From NCBI RefSeq assembly GCF_001457615.1, contig NZ_LN831024.1:540001-572000 (forward strand): a DNA stretch of 32,000 nt, given 5' to 3'. The DNA is from Pseudomonas aeruginosa (GTDB lineage Bacteria; Pseudomonadota; Gammaproteobacteria; Pseudomonadales; Pseudomonadaceae). The notes under the pieces were generated by a model that saw nothing but the letters and a program-made list of their open reading frames with translations, was not told where the DNA came from and made no database searches. Position numbers and translations under genes: made by a program. This document shows, in pieces, positions 18,506 through 29,820 of this stretch (its first letter is position 1; every line of letters begins with the position of its first letter).

Positions 18506-20284
18506 ATGGCTGATTACAAAGCTCCGCTGCGCGACATGCGCTTCGTCCTCAATGAGGTGTTCGAGGTCTCCCGGCTCTGGGCGCAACTGCCGGCGCTGGC
18601 CGAAGTGGTCGACGCCGAGACCGCCGCGGCGATCCTCGAAGAGGCCGGCAAGGTCACCGCCGGTACCATCGCCCCGCTGAACCGTCCGGGCGACGAGGAA
18701 GGCTGCCAGTGGAACGCTGGCGCGGTGAGCACCCCGGCCGGCTTCCCCGAGGCCTACCGGACCTACGCCGAAGGCGGCTGGGTCGGCGTCGGCGGTGATC
18801 CGGCCTACGGCGGCATGGGTATGCCCAAGGTGATCTCGGCGCAGGTCGAGGAACTGGTCAACTCGGCCAACCTGTCGTTCGGCCTGTATCCGATGCTGAC
18901 CGCCGGCGCCTGCCTGGCGCTCAATGCCCATGCCAGCGACGAACTGAAGGACAAGTACCTGCCGAACATGTACGCCGGTATCTGGGCCGGTTCCATGTGC
19001 CTGACCGAGCCGCATGCCGGCACCGACCTGGGCATCATCCGCACCAGGGCCGAGCCGCAGGCCGACGGCTCCTACAAGATCAGCGGGACCAAGATCTTCA
19101 TCACCGGCGGCGAGCATGACCTGACCGAGAACATCATCCACCTGGTGCTGGCCAAGCTGCCCGACGCCCCGGCCGGGCCGAAGGGCATCTCGCTGTTCCT
19201 GGTACCGAAGGTGCTGGTCAACGCCGACGGTTCGCTGGGCGAGAAGAACAGCCTGGGTTGCGGCTCCATCGAGCACAAGATGGGGATCAAGGCCTCGGCC
19301 ACCTGCGTGATGAACTTCGACGGCGCTACCGGTTGGCTGGTGGGCGAGGTCAACAAGGGCCTGGCGGCGATGTTCACCATGATGAACTACGAGCGCCTTG
19401 GCGTCGGCATCCAGGGCCTGGCCACCGGCGAGCGCTCCTACCAGAGCGCCATCGAATATGCCCGCGAGCGTATCCAGAGCCGCGCGCCGACCGGCCCGGT
19501 GGCCAAGGACAAGGCCGCCGACCCGATCATCGTGCACCCCGACGTGCGTCGCATGCTGCTCACCATGAAGGCGCTGAACGAAGGCGGCCGCGCCTTCTCC
19601 AGCTACGTCGCGATGCAGCTGGACACCGCCAAGTACAGCGAAGACGCGGTCACCCGCAAGCGCGCGGAAGAGCTGGTGGCGCTGCTGACCCCGGTGGCCA
19701 AGGCATTCCTCACCGACATGGGGCTGGAAACCACCATCCATGGCCAGCAGATCTTCGGTGGCCACGGCTTCATCCGCGAATGGGGCCAGGAGCAACTGGT
19801 GCGCGACTGTCGCATCACGCAGATCTACGAAGGCACCAATGGCATCCAGGCGCTCGACCTGGTGGGGCGCAAGGTGATCGGCAGCGGCGGCGCCTTCTCC
19901 CGTCACTTCACCGACGAGATCAAGGCCTTCGTCGCTTCCGCCGACGAGGCCCTGGGCGAGTTCAGCAAGCCGCTGGCGGCCGCCGTGGAGAACCTGGAAG
20001 AGCTGACCGCCTGGCTGCTCGACCGCGCCAAGGGCAATCCCAACGAGATCGGCGCGGCGTCGGTCGAATACCTGCATGTGTTCGGCTACACCGCCTATGC
20101 CTACATGTGGGCATTGATGGCGCGCACCGCGCTGGCCAAGCAGGGCGAGGACGACTTCTACGCCAGCAAGCTGGGTACCGCGCGCTTCTACTTCGCCCGC
20201 CTGCTGCCGCGCATCCATTCCCTGAGCGCCTCCGTGCGCGCCGGCAGCGAGTCGCTGTACCTGCTGGACGCCGAGCAGTTCTGA
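18506..20284 (+). CDS. fadE2: long-form acyl-CoA dehydrogenase paralog (592 aa)
   Basis: Track ORF trimmed to ATG 18506 ([13 protein letters not shown]). Contains CLTEPHAGTDLG and IYEGTNGIQALDL. The symbol comes from remembering PA0508 at this position. Confidence 0.9.
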   Translation: MADYKAPLRDMRFVLNEVFEVSRLWAQLPALAEVVDAETAAAILEEAGKVTAGTIAPLNRPGDEEGCQWNAGAVSTPAGFPEAYRTYAEGGWVGVGGDPAYGGMGMPKVISAQVEELVNSANLSFGLYPMLTAGACLALNAHASDELKDKYLPNMYAGIWAGSMCLTEPHAGTDLGIIRTRAEPQADGSYKISGTKIFITGGEHDLTENIIHLVLAKLPDAPAGPKGISLFLVPKVLVNADGSLGEKNSLGCGSIEHKMGIKASATCVMNFDGATGWLVGEVNKGLAAMFTMMNYERLGVGIQGLATGERSYQSAIEYARERIQSRAPTGPVAKDKAADPIIVHPDVRRMLLTMKALNEGGRAFSSYVAMQLDTAKYSEDAVTRKRAEELVALLTPVAKAFLTDMGLETTIHGQQIFGGHGFIREWGQEQLVRDCRITQIYEGTNGIQALDLVGRKVIGSGGAFSRHFTDEIKAFVASADEALGEFSKPLAAAVENLEELTAWLLDRAKGNPNEIGAASVEYLHVFGYTAYAYMWALMARTALAKQGEDDFYASKLGTARFYFARLLPRIHSLSASVRAGSESLYLLDAEQF

Positions 20285-20303
20285 GGCCTGGCGCCTGAGA
20301 CGG

Positions 20304-20329
20304 AAAGCCCCGCGATGCGGGGCTTTTTT
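20304..20329 (+). terminator. rho-independent terminator
   Basis: aaa-gccccgc-gat-gcggggc-tttttt (stem 20307..20313 / 20317..20323, T6 at 20324..20329). Confidence 0.85.
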
Positions 20330-20367
20330 CTGGGCGCCGGGGGCTCGGCGCGCGGGACGGGTGGGGG

Positions 20368-20562
20368 GGATATCCGCTTGCGGCTATCCGCCATTCCCAG
20401 GGTTTTCTCGGGGCCGTGATGGGACAGGGTGATCGGCGGATAACGCCGTTGGCGTTATGCCCTACGGCTCCTCGCGCAGGGTGGGCGGTAGGGCGAATAA
20501 CCGCTTGCGGTTATCCGCCATTCCCGTGGTTTTTCTCGTGCCGTGAGGGGACAGGGTTGTCG
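20368..20562. repeat. REP-like intergenic repeat cluster (two ~67-bp direct copies plus three palindromic GGATAAC..GTTATCC units)
   Basis: Copy A (20369..20435) and copy B (20495..20562) are near-identical: (g)ATAaCCGCTTGCGGtTATCCGCCATTCCC..GGTTTTCTCG..GCCGTGA.GGGACAGGGT..TCG. Palindromic units lie at 20368..20389, 20438..20460 (followed by CCTACG) and 20495..20516. Confidence 0.8.
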
Positions 20563-20615
20563 CGGTCCGCCGCGGAGGATACGGGGATATCCGTTGATGG
20601 CGTCTCGCCCGAGCC

Positions 20616-22097
20616 TCAGTGCGAGGTTCCCTCCGCATAGCCGATCTTGTTGCCGACGTTGTACTTGCCCGACGGCTTGTTCATCGGCAGTCGCTTCACT
20701 TCCTCCAGGCTGTGCGCGTCGTAGACCACCAGCGCGCCGTCGCGGTCCCAGACGCTGAGCAGGGCGTAGCGGCCGTCGCGGGTGAACTCGACGTGGCCGG
20801 CCACCTTGCCCGGGCTGGGGCGCAGGCGATGGGCGATTTCCAGGGTCTGCTTGTCGATCAGCAGGATCTCGTCGTGTTTCTTGCCAAGGAAGGTATCGGT
20901 CCAGGCGTAGGGCGAGTCGGCATGGCTGCGCATGAAGAAGCCGGGGCCGTCGGTGACGATTTCCTTCAACGGCTTCCAGTTTTGCAGGTCGATCACCGAG
21001 ATCACCCCGCGGCTGATGTTCGGCGTAGCGAACACCCAGCGCCCGTCGCGCTTCCAGTAGATGCCCGAGCCGAGGTGCGGCATGCCCGACAGCGGGATCG
21101 AGGCGACCCGCGCGCCGCTGTCCAGCTCGATCACCTCGCCGCCCCTGGCCTGCCGCGAGCTGCCCAGCAGGTAGCGGTAGTCGGGGCTGAAGGAGAAGTC
21201 GTCGAGGTAGTCGGCCACCGCCAACCGTTTCGGCGCGACCGGCTTGCCGTTGGCATAGGGCAGCTCCCACAGCTCGTGGACGTCCTTCAGGGCGACCACG
21301 AAGCTGTGTCGCGGCGGTGCCGTGTATACCGCGCTGACCCGCGAGGCCTGGCCCTGGGCGTCGGCCGCCGGGATGACCTGCACCAGGGACAGGTCGCGGG
21401 CGTCCAGCAGCACCAGGTTGCCGGGCAGGTAGTTGCCCACCAGGACCCAGTGCCCGTCGTCGCTGACCGCCAGGTTGCGCGTGTTGAGGCCGGCGCGGAC
21501 CTCGGCGACCACCTTCAGGTTGTACAGGTCGTAGAGGGTCACCCAGCCGTCGCGCGAGGCGAAGTACACCAGGCGCCCGTCCGGGGAGAACTTCGGACCT
21601 CCGTGCAGGGCGTAGCGCGAGGGGAAGCGGGCGATGGGCTCGAAGCGATCGCCGTCGAGGATGGTCACGTAGTGGTCGCCGGACTCCACCACCACGAACA
21701 GGTTCAGCGGGTCGGCCTCGAAGCGGGGCCTGGACGGCAGGGTGGCGAGGGGATGCGGCTGAACCTGGCTGGCCCGGATGTCCTCGGCGCTCCACTGCGG
21801 TTCGCGCGGCGGCGCCTGGTAGAGATAGGCGACCAGGGCGTCCGCCGCGGCGTCGTCCAATTGACCGGCAAAGCCGGCCATCTGGGTTGCCGGACGACCG
21901 TGCAGGATCACCTCGCGGGCCTGCGCCGGCTTCAGCCGCGAAAGGCTTTCCGGGAGCAGGGTCGGGCCGCTGCCGCCGAGCCGCCCGGCGCCGTGGCAGG
22001 CCTGGCAGTGCTGGCGGTAGAGCGCTTCCCCCGGCGCTTCGCCGGCCTGTGCGAGGGCGCCGAGGAGCAGGCCGAGGGCGAGGCCGATCAGGCGCAT
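20616..22097 (-). CDS. nirN: cd1-type cytochrome NirN (dihydro-heme d1 dehydrogenase)
   Basis: Track ORF trimmed to ATG 22097 (signal peptide [18 protein letters not shown]), giving 493 aa. Heme-c motif CQACHG plus a beta-propeller similar to NirS and NirF. Last gene of the nir operon. Confidence 0.9.
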   Translation of the reverse strand: MRLIGLALGLLLGALAQAGEAPGEALYRQHCQACHGAGRLGGSGPTLLPESLSRLKPAQAREVILHGRPATQMAGFAGQLDDAAADALVAYLYQAPPREPQWSAEDIRASQVQPHPLATLPSRPRFEADPLNLFVVVESGDHYVTILDGDRFEPIARFPSRYALHGGPKFSPDGRLVYFASRDGWVTLYDLYNLKVVAEVRAGLNTRNLAVSDDGHWVLVGNYLPGNLVLLDARDLSLVQVIPAADAQGQASRVSAVYTAPPRHSFVVALKDVHELWELPYANGKPVAPKRLAVADYLDDFSFSPDYRYLLGSSRQARGGEVIELDSGARVASIPLSGMPHLGSGIYWKRDGRWVFATPNISRGVISVIDLQNWKPLKEIVTDGPGFFMRSHADSPYAWTDTFLGKKHDEILLIDKQTLEIAHRLRPSPGKVAGHVEFTRDGRYALLSVWDRDGALVVYDAHSLEEVKRLPMNKPSGKYNVGNKIGYAEGTSH

Positions 22098-22927
22098 GCG
22101 ACGGCCTCGCGGCTGACCGGCGAGCCGGCGCCCAGGTATGACGGATGCGCCATCGCGCGCTCGGCGAAGAGCGCGACCACCTGGCCGACGACGATCAGCG
22201 TCGGCGGCTTCAACTGGTAGCGTCGCGCCAGCGCCGGCAGCTCGGCAAGGGCGCCGCGGGTCACCTGCTGGCCCGCCTGGGTGCCCTGGCTGACCAGCGC
22301 CGCCGGGGTGTCGCTGGCGAGGCCGTGCTCGACCAGGCGCGCGGCGATCTCGGCGAGGTTGCCCAGGCCCATGTAGAACACCAGGGTCTGCTTGCCACGC
22401 GCCAGGCCGGCCCAGTCGAGGTCGAGGCGGCCGTCGTTCTGCAGGTGGCCGGTGACGAAGGTGCAGGACTGGGCGAGGTCGCGGTGGGTCAGCGGGATGC
22501 CGGCGTAGGTACTGCAACCGGAGGCGGCGGTGACGCCGGGGACCACCTGGCAGTCGACGCCGGCTTCGAGCAGGCGCTCCAGCTCCTCGGCGCCGCGACC
22601 GAAGATGAACGGGTCGCCGCCTTTCAGGCGGACCACCCGGCGTTGCTGCCGGGCCAGGCGCACCAGCAGCTCGTTGATTTCTTCCTGCGGCAGGCTGTGG
22701 TGGCCGCAGCGCTTGCCGACGTAGATGCGCTGGCAGCTTTCCGGCAGAAGGGCGATCAGCTCGCGGGCGACCAGGCGGTCGTAGACCACCACCTCGGCCT
22801 GTTGCAGCAGGGCCCAGGCGCGCAGGGTGAGCAGGCCCGGATCGCCGGGGCCGGCGCCGACCAGGGCGACGCTGCCGGCAGGGAAATCGACATCGAGGAG
22901 GGACGGCGGAATCACGGTAGTGTTCAT
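22088..22927 (-). CDS. nirE: uroporphyrinogen-III C-methyltransferase (SUMT) for heme d1
   Basis: Trimmed to ATG 22927 ([11 protein letters not shown]), giving 279 aa. SUMT motif [15 protein letters not shown]. Overlaps the nirN start by 10 nt. Confidence 0.9.
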   Translation of the reverse strand: MNTTVIPPSLLDVDFPAGSVALVGAGPGDPGLLTLRAWALLQQAEVVVYDRLVARELIALLPESCQRIYVGKRCGHHSLPQEEINELLVRLARQQRRVVRLKGGDPFIFGRGAEELERLLEAGVDCQVVPGVTAASGCSTYAGIPLTHRDLAQSCTFVTGHLQNDGRLDLDWAGLARGKQTLVFYMGLGNLAEIAARLVEHGLASDTPAALVSQGTQAGQQVTRGALAELPALARRYQLKPPTLIVVGQVVALFAERAMAHPSYLGAGSPVSREAVACA

Positions 22928-22937
22928 GAGGCTTTCC

Positions 22938-24101
22938 TTAGACGGCGTGCAGCGCGATGCGCTCGAGGCCGATTTCCTGATCGCTGAGGTAGCAGCCGGG
23001 GTCTTCGCCCCAGAGTTCTCCGCCGGCCCAGGCGCGGGTGCGGGTGTTGCCGTTGCAGATGTCCAGCCAGCGGCATTGGCTGCAGCGCCCGACCACCGGT
23101 CGCGGGCGCTGGCGCAGTTGCAGGAGCAGCGGGTCGGGGCGCTCGAACCAGAAGTCGGCGAAGCGCTGATGGCGGATGTTGCCGACGCTGTGGTGCCACC
23201 AGTAGCTGTCCGGATGCACCTCGCCGGTGTTGTCGATGTTGGCGATGCCCTCGCCCGAGGCGTTGCCGCCCCAGTCCAGCAGCAGCTCGCAGAGACGCGC
23301 CAGTTGCTGCGGGCGGCGGCGCTTGAGCCAGTCGAGGAGAAGGATCGCGTCGGCGTCGTTGTTGCCGGTGACGAAGTCGCTGTCGCGCCCCTGCCGGATG
23401 TCCTCGTCGGCCCGTTCGAAGAGCAGCGCGAGGGCCTCGCGGGTGCGCCGGTGGTGGGCGTCGAGGGCGCGGCTGCGGCGGCCGCGGCCACTGTAGTTGA
23501 GGTGCGAGAGGTAGAACTTCTGCACGTCGAGTTCGCGCATCAGGTCGAGCAGTGCCGGTAGTTGCGCGGCGTTCTCCTCGGTCAGGGTGGTGCGCATGCC
23601 GACGCGGATATCCGCCTCGCGGCACAGGCGCATGGCCGCCAGCGCGGCGTCGAAGCTGCCCTGCTTCTGGCGGAAGCGGTCGTGGGTCTCGCGCAGGCCG
23701 TCGAGGCTGATGCCGACGTAGTCGAAGCGGGCCTCGGCCACGCGCTGGATGTTGCCTTCGTCGATCAGCGTACCGTTGCTCGACAGCGCCACGAACATCC
23801 CGGCCTGGCGCGCATGGGCGGCGATCTCGAAGAGGTCCGGGTGCATCAGCGGCTCGCCGCCGGAGAGGATCAGCACGCGCACTCCGGCGGCGCGCAGGTC
23901 GTCGATGCCGCGAAGGATTTCCGCGGTCTCCAGCTCGCCACGGAAGTCGCTGTCGGCGGAGGTGGAGTAACAGTGCTTGCAGGTCAGGTTGCAGCGCCGC
24001 AGCAGGTTCCAGATCACCACCGGGGCGCGCCTGCCGCCGGCGCGGCGCGGCGTCGGCGCGTCCTCGGCGAGGCTGCGCAGGTAATGGCTGATCCTCAGCA
24101 T
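22938..24101 (-). CDS. nirJ: radical-SAM heme d1 biosynthesis protein
   Basis: Trimmed to ATG 24101 ([11 protein letters not shown]), giving 387 aa. CxxxCxxC motif (CNLTCKHC) and a C-terminal Cys cluster (SPASM-like). Confidence 0.9.
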   Translation of the reverse strand: MLRISHYLRSLAEDAPTPRRAGGRRAPVVIWNLLRRCNLTCKHCYSTSADSDFRGELETAEILRGIDDLRAAGVRVLILSGGEPLMHPDLFEIAAHARQAGMFVALSSNGTLIDEGNIQRVAEARFDYVGISLDGLRETHDRFRQKQGSFDAALAAMRLCREADIRVGMRTTLTEENAAQLPALLDLMRELDVQKFYLSHLNYSGRGRRSRALDAHHRRTREALALLFERADEDIRQGRDSDFVTGNNDADAILLLDWLKRRRPQQLARLCELLLDWGGNASGEGIANIDNTGEVHPDSYWWHHSVGNIRHQRFADFWFERPDPLLLQLRQRPRPVVGRCSQCRWLDICNGNTRTRAWAGGELWGEDPGCYLSDQEIGLERIALHAV

Positions 24102-24610
24102 GGACGTTCCTCCTTCTGCGCCAGGCGCAGGCCGGTCTTCTTCAGGATGCGGCTGCTCACCAGCATCTCGTCGGCGCGACAGTCCTCGCCGAGCAGCAGG
24201 CGGATCTGCTGGCGATAGCCTTCGATCTCCGCTTCGCTGCGGCCGTGAACCATGGCGAACAGGTTGTAGCGCCACTGCGGCAGATGGCGCGGGCGCCGGT
24301 AGCAATGGCTGACGAAGGACAGCCCGCCGACCAGCCGGCCGAGGCGTTCGATGCGTTCGTCGGCGACGTCCCAGACGGTCATGCCGTTGTGCCGGTAGCC
24401 AAGGCGATAGTGGTTGGGCACCGCGGCGATGCGCCGGATCACCCCGGCGTCGCGCAGGCGCTTCAGCAGCGCCAGGGTCTCCGCCTCGCTCAGCCGCAGT
24501 TGCGCGGCGATCCACGCCCAAGGGTCGGCGACCAGCGGCAGGCCGGCCTGGGTCAGTTCGATCAGGCGGCGGGCGAGCAGGGCGTCAGAGGGGGAAATGC
24601 AGGCCGACAT
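24095..24610 (-). CDS. nirH: siroheme decarboxylase subunit (AsnC/Lrp-like)
   Basis: 171 aa. Paralogous to the three upstream genes. Its position matches the remembered nirDLGH order. Confidence 0.8.
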   Translation of the reverse strand: MSACISPSDALLARRLIELTQAGLPLVADPWAWIAAQLRLSEAETLALLKRLRDAGVIRRIAAVPNHYRLGYRHNGMTVWDVADERIERLGRLVGGLSFVSHCYRRPRHLPQWRYNLFAMVHGRSEAEIEGYRQQIRLLLGEDCRADEMLVSSRILKKTGLRLAQKEERPC

Positions 24611-25028
24611 GGTAGGTCGCCTCCTTGGGCAGGTCGAGTACCGCCAGCCCGCTCTCGCGCTCCAGCCGTGCGAGGGTCTCGGCGACCTCCGCCGGGCTGT
24701 CGCAGGCGACCACCAGCCACATGTTCAGGGCGTGCTCGCGACGGTAGTTGTGGGCGACCTGCGGCCAGCCGGCGAGCAGCGCGGCGATCTCTTCGAAACG
24801 CGCCTCCGGCACGCTCATGGCGGCCAGGGTGAAGGCACCGCCGAGGGGCTCGATATCGAACAGCGGACCGAAGCGGGTCAGGGTGCCGTCGTCGAGCAGG
24901 TCGTCCAGGCGGCGCAGGATGTCTTCCTCGCGGCAATCCAGCTCGGCGGCGAGCAGCGCGTAGGGATGCGGCTCCAGCGGCAGGCCGTGTTGCAGGCGGT
25001 TCAGCAGGCGCCGGTCGAACTCATCCAT
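24585..25028 (-). CDS. nirG: siroheme decarboxylase subunit (AsnC/Lrp-like)
   Basis: 147 aa, starting [23 protein letters not shown]. Its 3' end overlaps the nirH start by 26 nt. Confidence 0.8.
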
Positions 25029-25545
25029 GGCGGCGCTCCAGGTCGGCCGGCGGCGCGGTGTAGCGGCCGCCGCACTGCTTGTAGGCGCGCAGGCTGAACA
25101 GCCAGCGGTGCGGTGTCTGGCGCAGGGCGTGGCGCTCCAGCAGCGCCTCGATCTGGCGTTCCACTTCGCCGCGCTCGCGGCCGTGGATCATGCAAAACAG
25201 GTTGTATGGCCACATCGGCAGGCGACGCGGGCGGCGGTAACAGAGCGAGACGATCGTTTCGTGGGCGAGGGCGCGGCCGACGGCGTCGACCTCCGCGTCG
25301 GCGACGTCCAGCACCAGCATGGCGTTGGCGGTATAGCCCAGGGCGCGGTGGTGGAGGATCACCCCGAAGCGGCGGAACAGGCCGTCTTCGTCCCAGCGGC
25401 GGACCTGTTCCAGCACTTCGTCTTCGCCGGCGCCGATGCGTTCGGCGAGCACCCGGTAGGGCCGGCTGGCCAGCGGCAGGCCCTGTTCCAGCAGGTAGCG
25501 CAGGTGTTGCCGCTGCGGCGCGGCGAGGGGTTCGACGGGGTTCAT
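25021..25545 (-). CDS. nirL: siroheme decarboxylase subunit (AsnC/Lrp-like)
   Basis: Trimmed to ATG 25545 ([25 protein letters not shown]), giving 174 aa. ATGA overlap with the nirD stop. Confidence 0.8.
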
Positions 25546-25994
25546 CGGCTGGCCTCCAGGGGAAACGCGAGGTCGATGCAGTAGGCTTCCTGCATCGGCA
25601 GGTCGAGGGGTTGCAGGCCGGTGTCGGCGGCGATCTCCGCCAGTACCCGGTCGAGTTGCGCGCGGTCGCCGGCGGTGAGCACGAACCACAGGTTGTAGCG
25701 GTGTTCGCGCTGGTAGTTGTGGTTGACCTCGGCGTACTGGCTGATGCGCTCGGCGACCCGTTGCAGACGCTCCTCGGGCACCGCCAGGGCAGCCAGGGTG
25801 CTGGCCCCGGCGCGTTGGTGGCGGAGCACCGGGCCGACCCGCGACAACGCGCCGTCGGCTTCCAGGCGACGCAGCCGTTCGAGCACCTCGGCTTCGCTGC
25901 AACCCAGGGTCTCGGCCATCCGCCGATAGGGTTCCGCGCAGATCGGCAGGCCTTTCTGGTAGCGGGCGAGGAGGCGGCGGGAGAGGTCGTCCAT
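25542..25994 (-). CDS. nirD: siroheme decarboxylase subunit (AsnC/Lrp-like)
   Basis: 150 aa, starting [23 protein letters not shown]. Begins 8 nt after the nirF stop. Confidence 0.8.
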
Positions 25995-26002
25995 GGTGCC
26001 TC

Positions 26003-27181
26003 CTAGAGTCCGATGTGCTGGGCGCGGTGGCTGAAGAAGATGCCGCTCGGGCTGCGGGCCGGAAGGCTGCCGATGCGCTTCAGGCGGTACGGGTCCCAGA
26101 CCTGCAACTGGTCGGCGTCGCGCACCGAGATCCAGACCTGGTCGCCGCGCCCGCTGAATTCCATGTGCAGTACGCCGGGGCCAGGGCGCAGGGTTTCGAT
26201 CACTTCGTGGGTCTCGCTGTCGATGACCTGCACCTTGTCGTTGTCCGGGTAGGCGAAGTTGACCCAGATCTGCCGGTCGTCCGGTCGAGTCATGACGAAC
26301 ACCGGCTGGCCGGCGACGTCGATGGCGTCGGTCTGCTTCCAGTCGCGCGCGTCGAGCACCAGCACCTGGTGATGGCCGACCGCCGGGACGAAGGCCTGGT
26401 CGCTGGCGATGGTCCAGCCCTCCAGGTGCGGCATCTTGTACACCGGCAGCTTGCGTTGGCCGCGGCCGTAGTCGCCGAGTACGCGCCTGACGCCGCGCTC
26501 CGGGTGCCAGAGGTCGAGCTGGGCCATGCCGTCCTCGCCGAACAGCCCGGCCATGTAGTAGCGCCCGTCGGGGCTGATGAGGGCGTCGTAGGGTTGCTTG
26601 CCGATATCGCGGAAGCGGGTCAGGTGCGGCGTGTCGCCCTGGCTGAAGTCGGCGATCCAGATCTCGCCGCTGTCGAACAGGCTGAACACGAAGCGCTGCC
26701 CGGGCGCGTCGACCAGGCCGACCACCCGGGAGTTCCTGTCCTGGCCGGGGAGGCGGGTGGCGGGAATCTCGGCGACCAGCTCCAGGGTGCGGCTGTCGAA
26801 CACCTTGACCCCGCCCGGCTCGTAGTTGGATACCGCGACCAGCCGACCGTCCTGGCTGATCGCTCCGCCGATGCTGTTGCCGCCCTGGATCAGGCGCTTG
26901 TCGATGCGCTGGGCCAGCAGGTCGAGCTTGGTCAGGCCGCCGTCGCGACCGAATACGTAGGCGTAGCGCTGGTCGCGGGAGAACACCAGGGAGGCGTGGG
27001 ACAGGTCGCCGAGGCCTTCGACCCGCGCCAGCGAGGTCTTCGCCGTGCCGTCGAGGATCTGCACGCTGCCGTCGGCGCGTTCGATCAGCACGCCGAGGTC
27101 GCCGCTGCCGCGCAAGGGCGGCTGCTGGCTACAGCCGGCGAGCAGGGCGAGGAAAAGCGGCGCGAGGGGACGCAGGTTCAT
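26003..27181 (-). CDS. nirF: heme d1 biosynthesis/insertion lipoprotein, cd1-like propeller without heme c
   Basis: Trimmed to ATG 27181, giving 392 aa. Lipobox LLAGC in [19 protein letters not shown]. Homologous to the NirS and NirN propeller domain. Confidence 0.9.
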
Positions 27182-27537
27182 GGGGCGATCTCTCCTTCGA
27201 TCAGGCGGTCCACCAGCCAGCCGGCGTCGTCTTCGCTGAGCAGGCCGGCCCAGGGGGGCATCGGGGTTTGCGGACGGCCCATGAGCACGGTGGCGACCAG
27301 CGATTCGCGCGGCTTGCCGCGCAGGGCCTCGGGGGTCAGCGCCGGGCCGAGGCCGCCGGTCAGGCGCAGGCCGTGGCAGGAGCCGCAGTCCTGCAACAGC
27401 AGGTGACGCAACTGGGCCTGGCGACGGGCATCGGGATGCTCGTCGGCCAGGCCCGGAAGAGGACAGGCGAACGTCAGCGCGAGGGCCAGCCACAAGGCGT
27501 GGCTGGCGGCGCGCCGGAAGTCCGGAGGGGCGTTCAT
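27178..27537 (-). CDS. nirC: periplasmic c-type cytochrome NirC
   Basis: Trimmed to ATG 27537 ([24 protein letters not shown]), giving 119 aa. Heme motif CGSCHG. ATGA overlaps at both ends. Confidence 0.85.
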   Translation of the reverse strand: MNAPPDFRRAASHALWLALALTFACPLPGLADEHPDARRQAQLRHLLLQDCGSCHGLRLTGGLGPALTPEALRGKPRESLVATVLMGRPQTPMPPWAGLLSEDDAGWLVDRLIEGEIAP

Positions 27538-27848
27538 TTCTGCGACAGGACCCACTTCGCCAGGGTCTGCGCCTCGTCGTCGCTGACCGCGTTCGGCGGC
27601 ATCGGGATCGGGCCCCAGACGCCCTGGCTGCCGTTCTTGATCCGCTGCGCGAGTTCCGCTTCGGCGCCGGCCTGGCCGGCGAACTTGGCGGCGACGTCCT
27701 TGTAGGCCGGGCCGACCATCTTGGTGTCGATGGCATGGCAGGCCACGCAGCCCTTGTTCTTGAACAGCACTTCGGGGTCTTCGGCCCAGGCGCCCTGGGC
27801 GAGCAGGGTGCCGGTGGCGAGCAGCGAAAGCAGTGCGTACGGTTTCAT
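27534..27848 (-). CDS. nirM: cytochrome c551
   Basis: Trimmed to ATG 27848, giving 104 aa. The mature sequence [34 protein letters not shown]... matches P. aeruginosa c551 as I remember it. Confidence 0.95.
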   Translation of the reverse strand: MKPYALLSLLATGTLLAQGAWAEDPEVLFKNKGCVACHAIDTKMVGPAYKDVAAKFAGQAGAEAELAQRIKNGSQGVWGPIPMPPNAVSDDEAQTLAKWVLSQK

Positions 27849-27869
27849 CACGGTTCCTCGTAGGGGGGA

Positions 27870-27893
27870 GCGTGCGGGGCGTGCCCCGCACGC
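27870..27893 (-). other. intercistronic GC hairpin between nirS and nirM
   Basis: Perfect 10-bp stem gcgtgcgggg (27870..27879) / ccccgcacgc (27884..27893) with a 4-nt loop. Located 6 nt downstream of the nirS stop. Confidence 0.6.
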
Positions 27894-27898
27894 GGGTC

Positions 27899-29608
<1,710 letters not shown>

Positions 29609-29699
29609 CTATCTCCTCAGGAGCCCTGCGAGGCGCTCCCTTAGCAGTGTTTTGGGGGTGGCTGCGTCGGGAACTCCCGGGAATTCATGGCGCGAAAGG

Positions 29700-29742
29700 A
29701 TCATAGAAAGCAGGGTCTTTACCCTTGCTTGACCGGAATCAA
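29700..29742 (-). promoter_or_regulatory. nirS promoter: FNR-type ANR/DNR box plus -10 element
   Basis: TTGACcggaATCAA at 29729..29742 (centre 29735.5). On the minus strand, TATGAT at 29705..29700 places the start near 29694, so the box is centred at about -41.5 (class II). Confidence 0.8.
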
Positions 29743-29820
29743 GATTGCGTTGCTTTGCGCTTGTGGCACCTTCCAACTGTGAATAGCGTGCGGTCCTAAT
29801 CCCTAGCGCAGGAGTAGGAC

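Noticed and set aside
20354-20369. G-quadruplex motif GGG-ac-GGG-t-GGG-g-GGG just after the fadE2 terminator.
   Set aside because: Short G4-type motifs are expected by chance at this GC content, and nothing positional supports a function.
20369-20562. Periodic ~126-bp direct repeats considered as a CRISPR array.
   Set aside because: There are only two copies. The repeat is too long and internally palindromic in REP style. The sequence between copies contains a third related palindrome rather than a unique spacer. No cas genes are present in the window.
20616-27736. Long N-terminal extensions of real genes in the ORF track (for example 20616..22517, 22088..23491, 22938..24521, 25021..25902, 26003..27736, 27178..27891, 27534..28040; also 5781..6929 and 7882..8757).
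   Set aside because: The extensions run through the upstream gene in another frame and are Arg/Pro-rich. Internal ATGs give proper signal peptides or family N-termini and tight ATGA-type junctions, so I trimmed to those.
29764-29779. TGGCAC upstream of nirQ considered as a sigma-54 -24 element.
   Set aside because: The -12 position reads AACT instead of TTGC/TGCA, and no enhancer-binding-protein site is evident.
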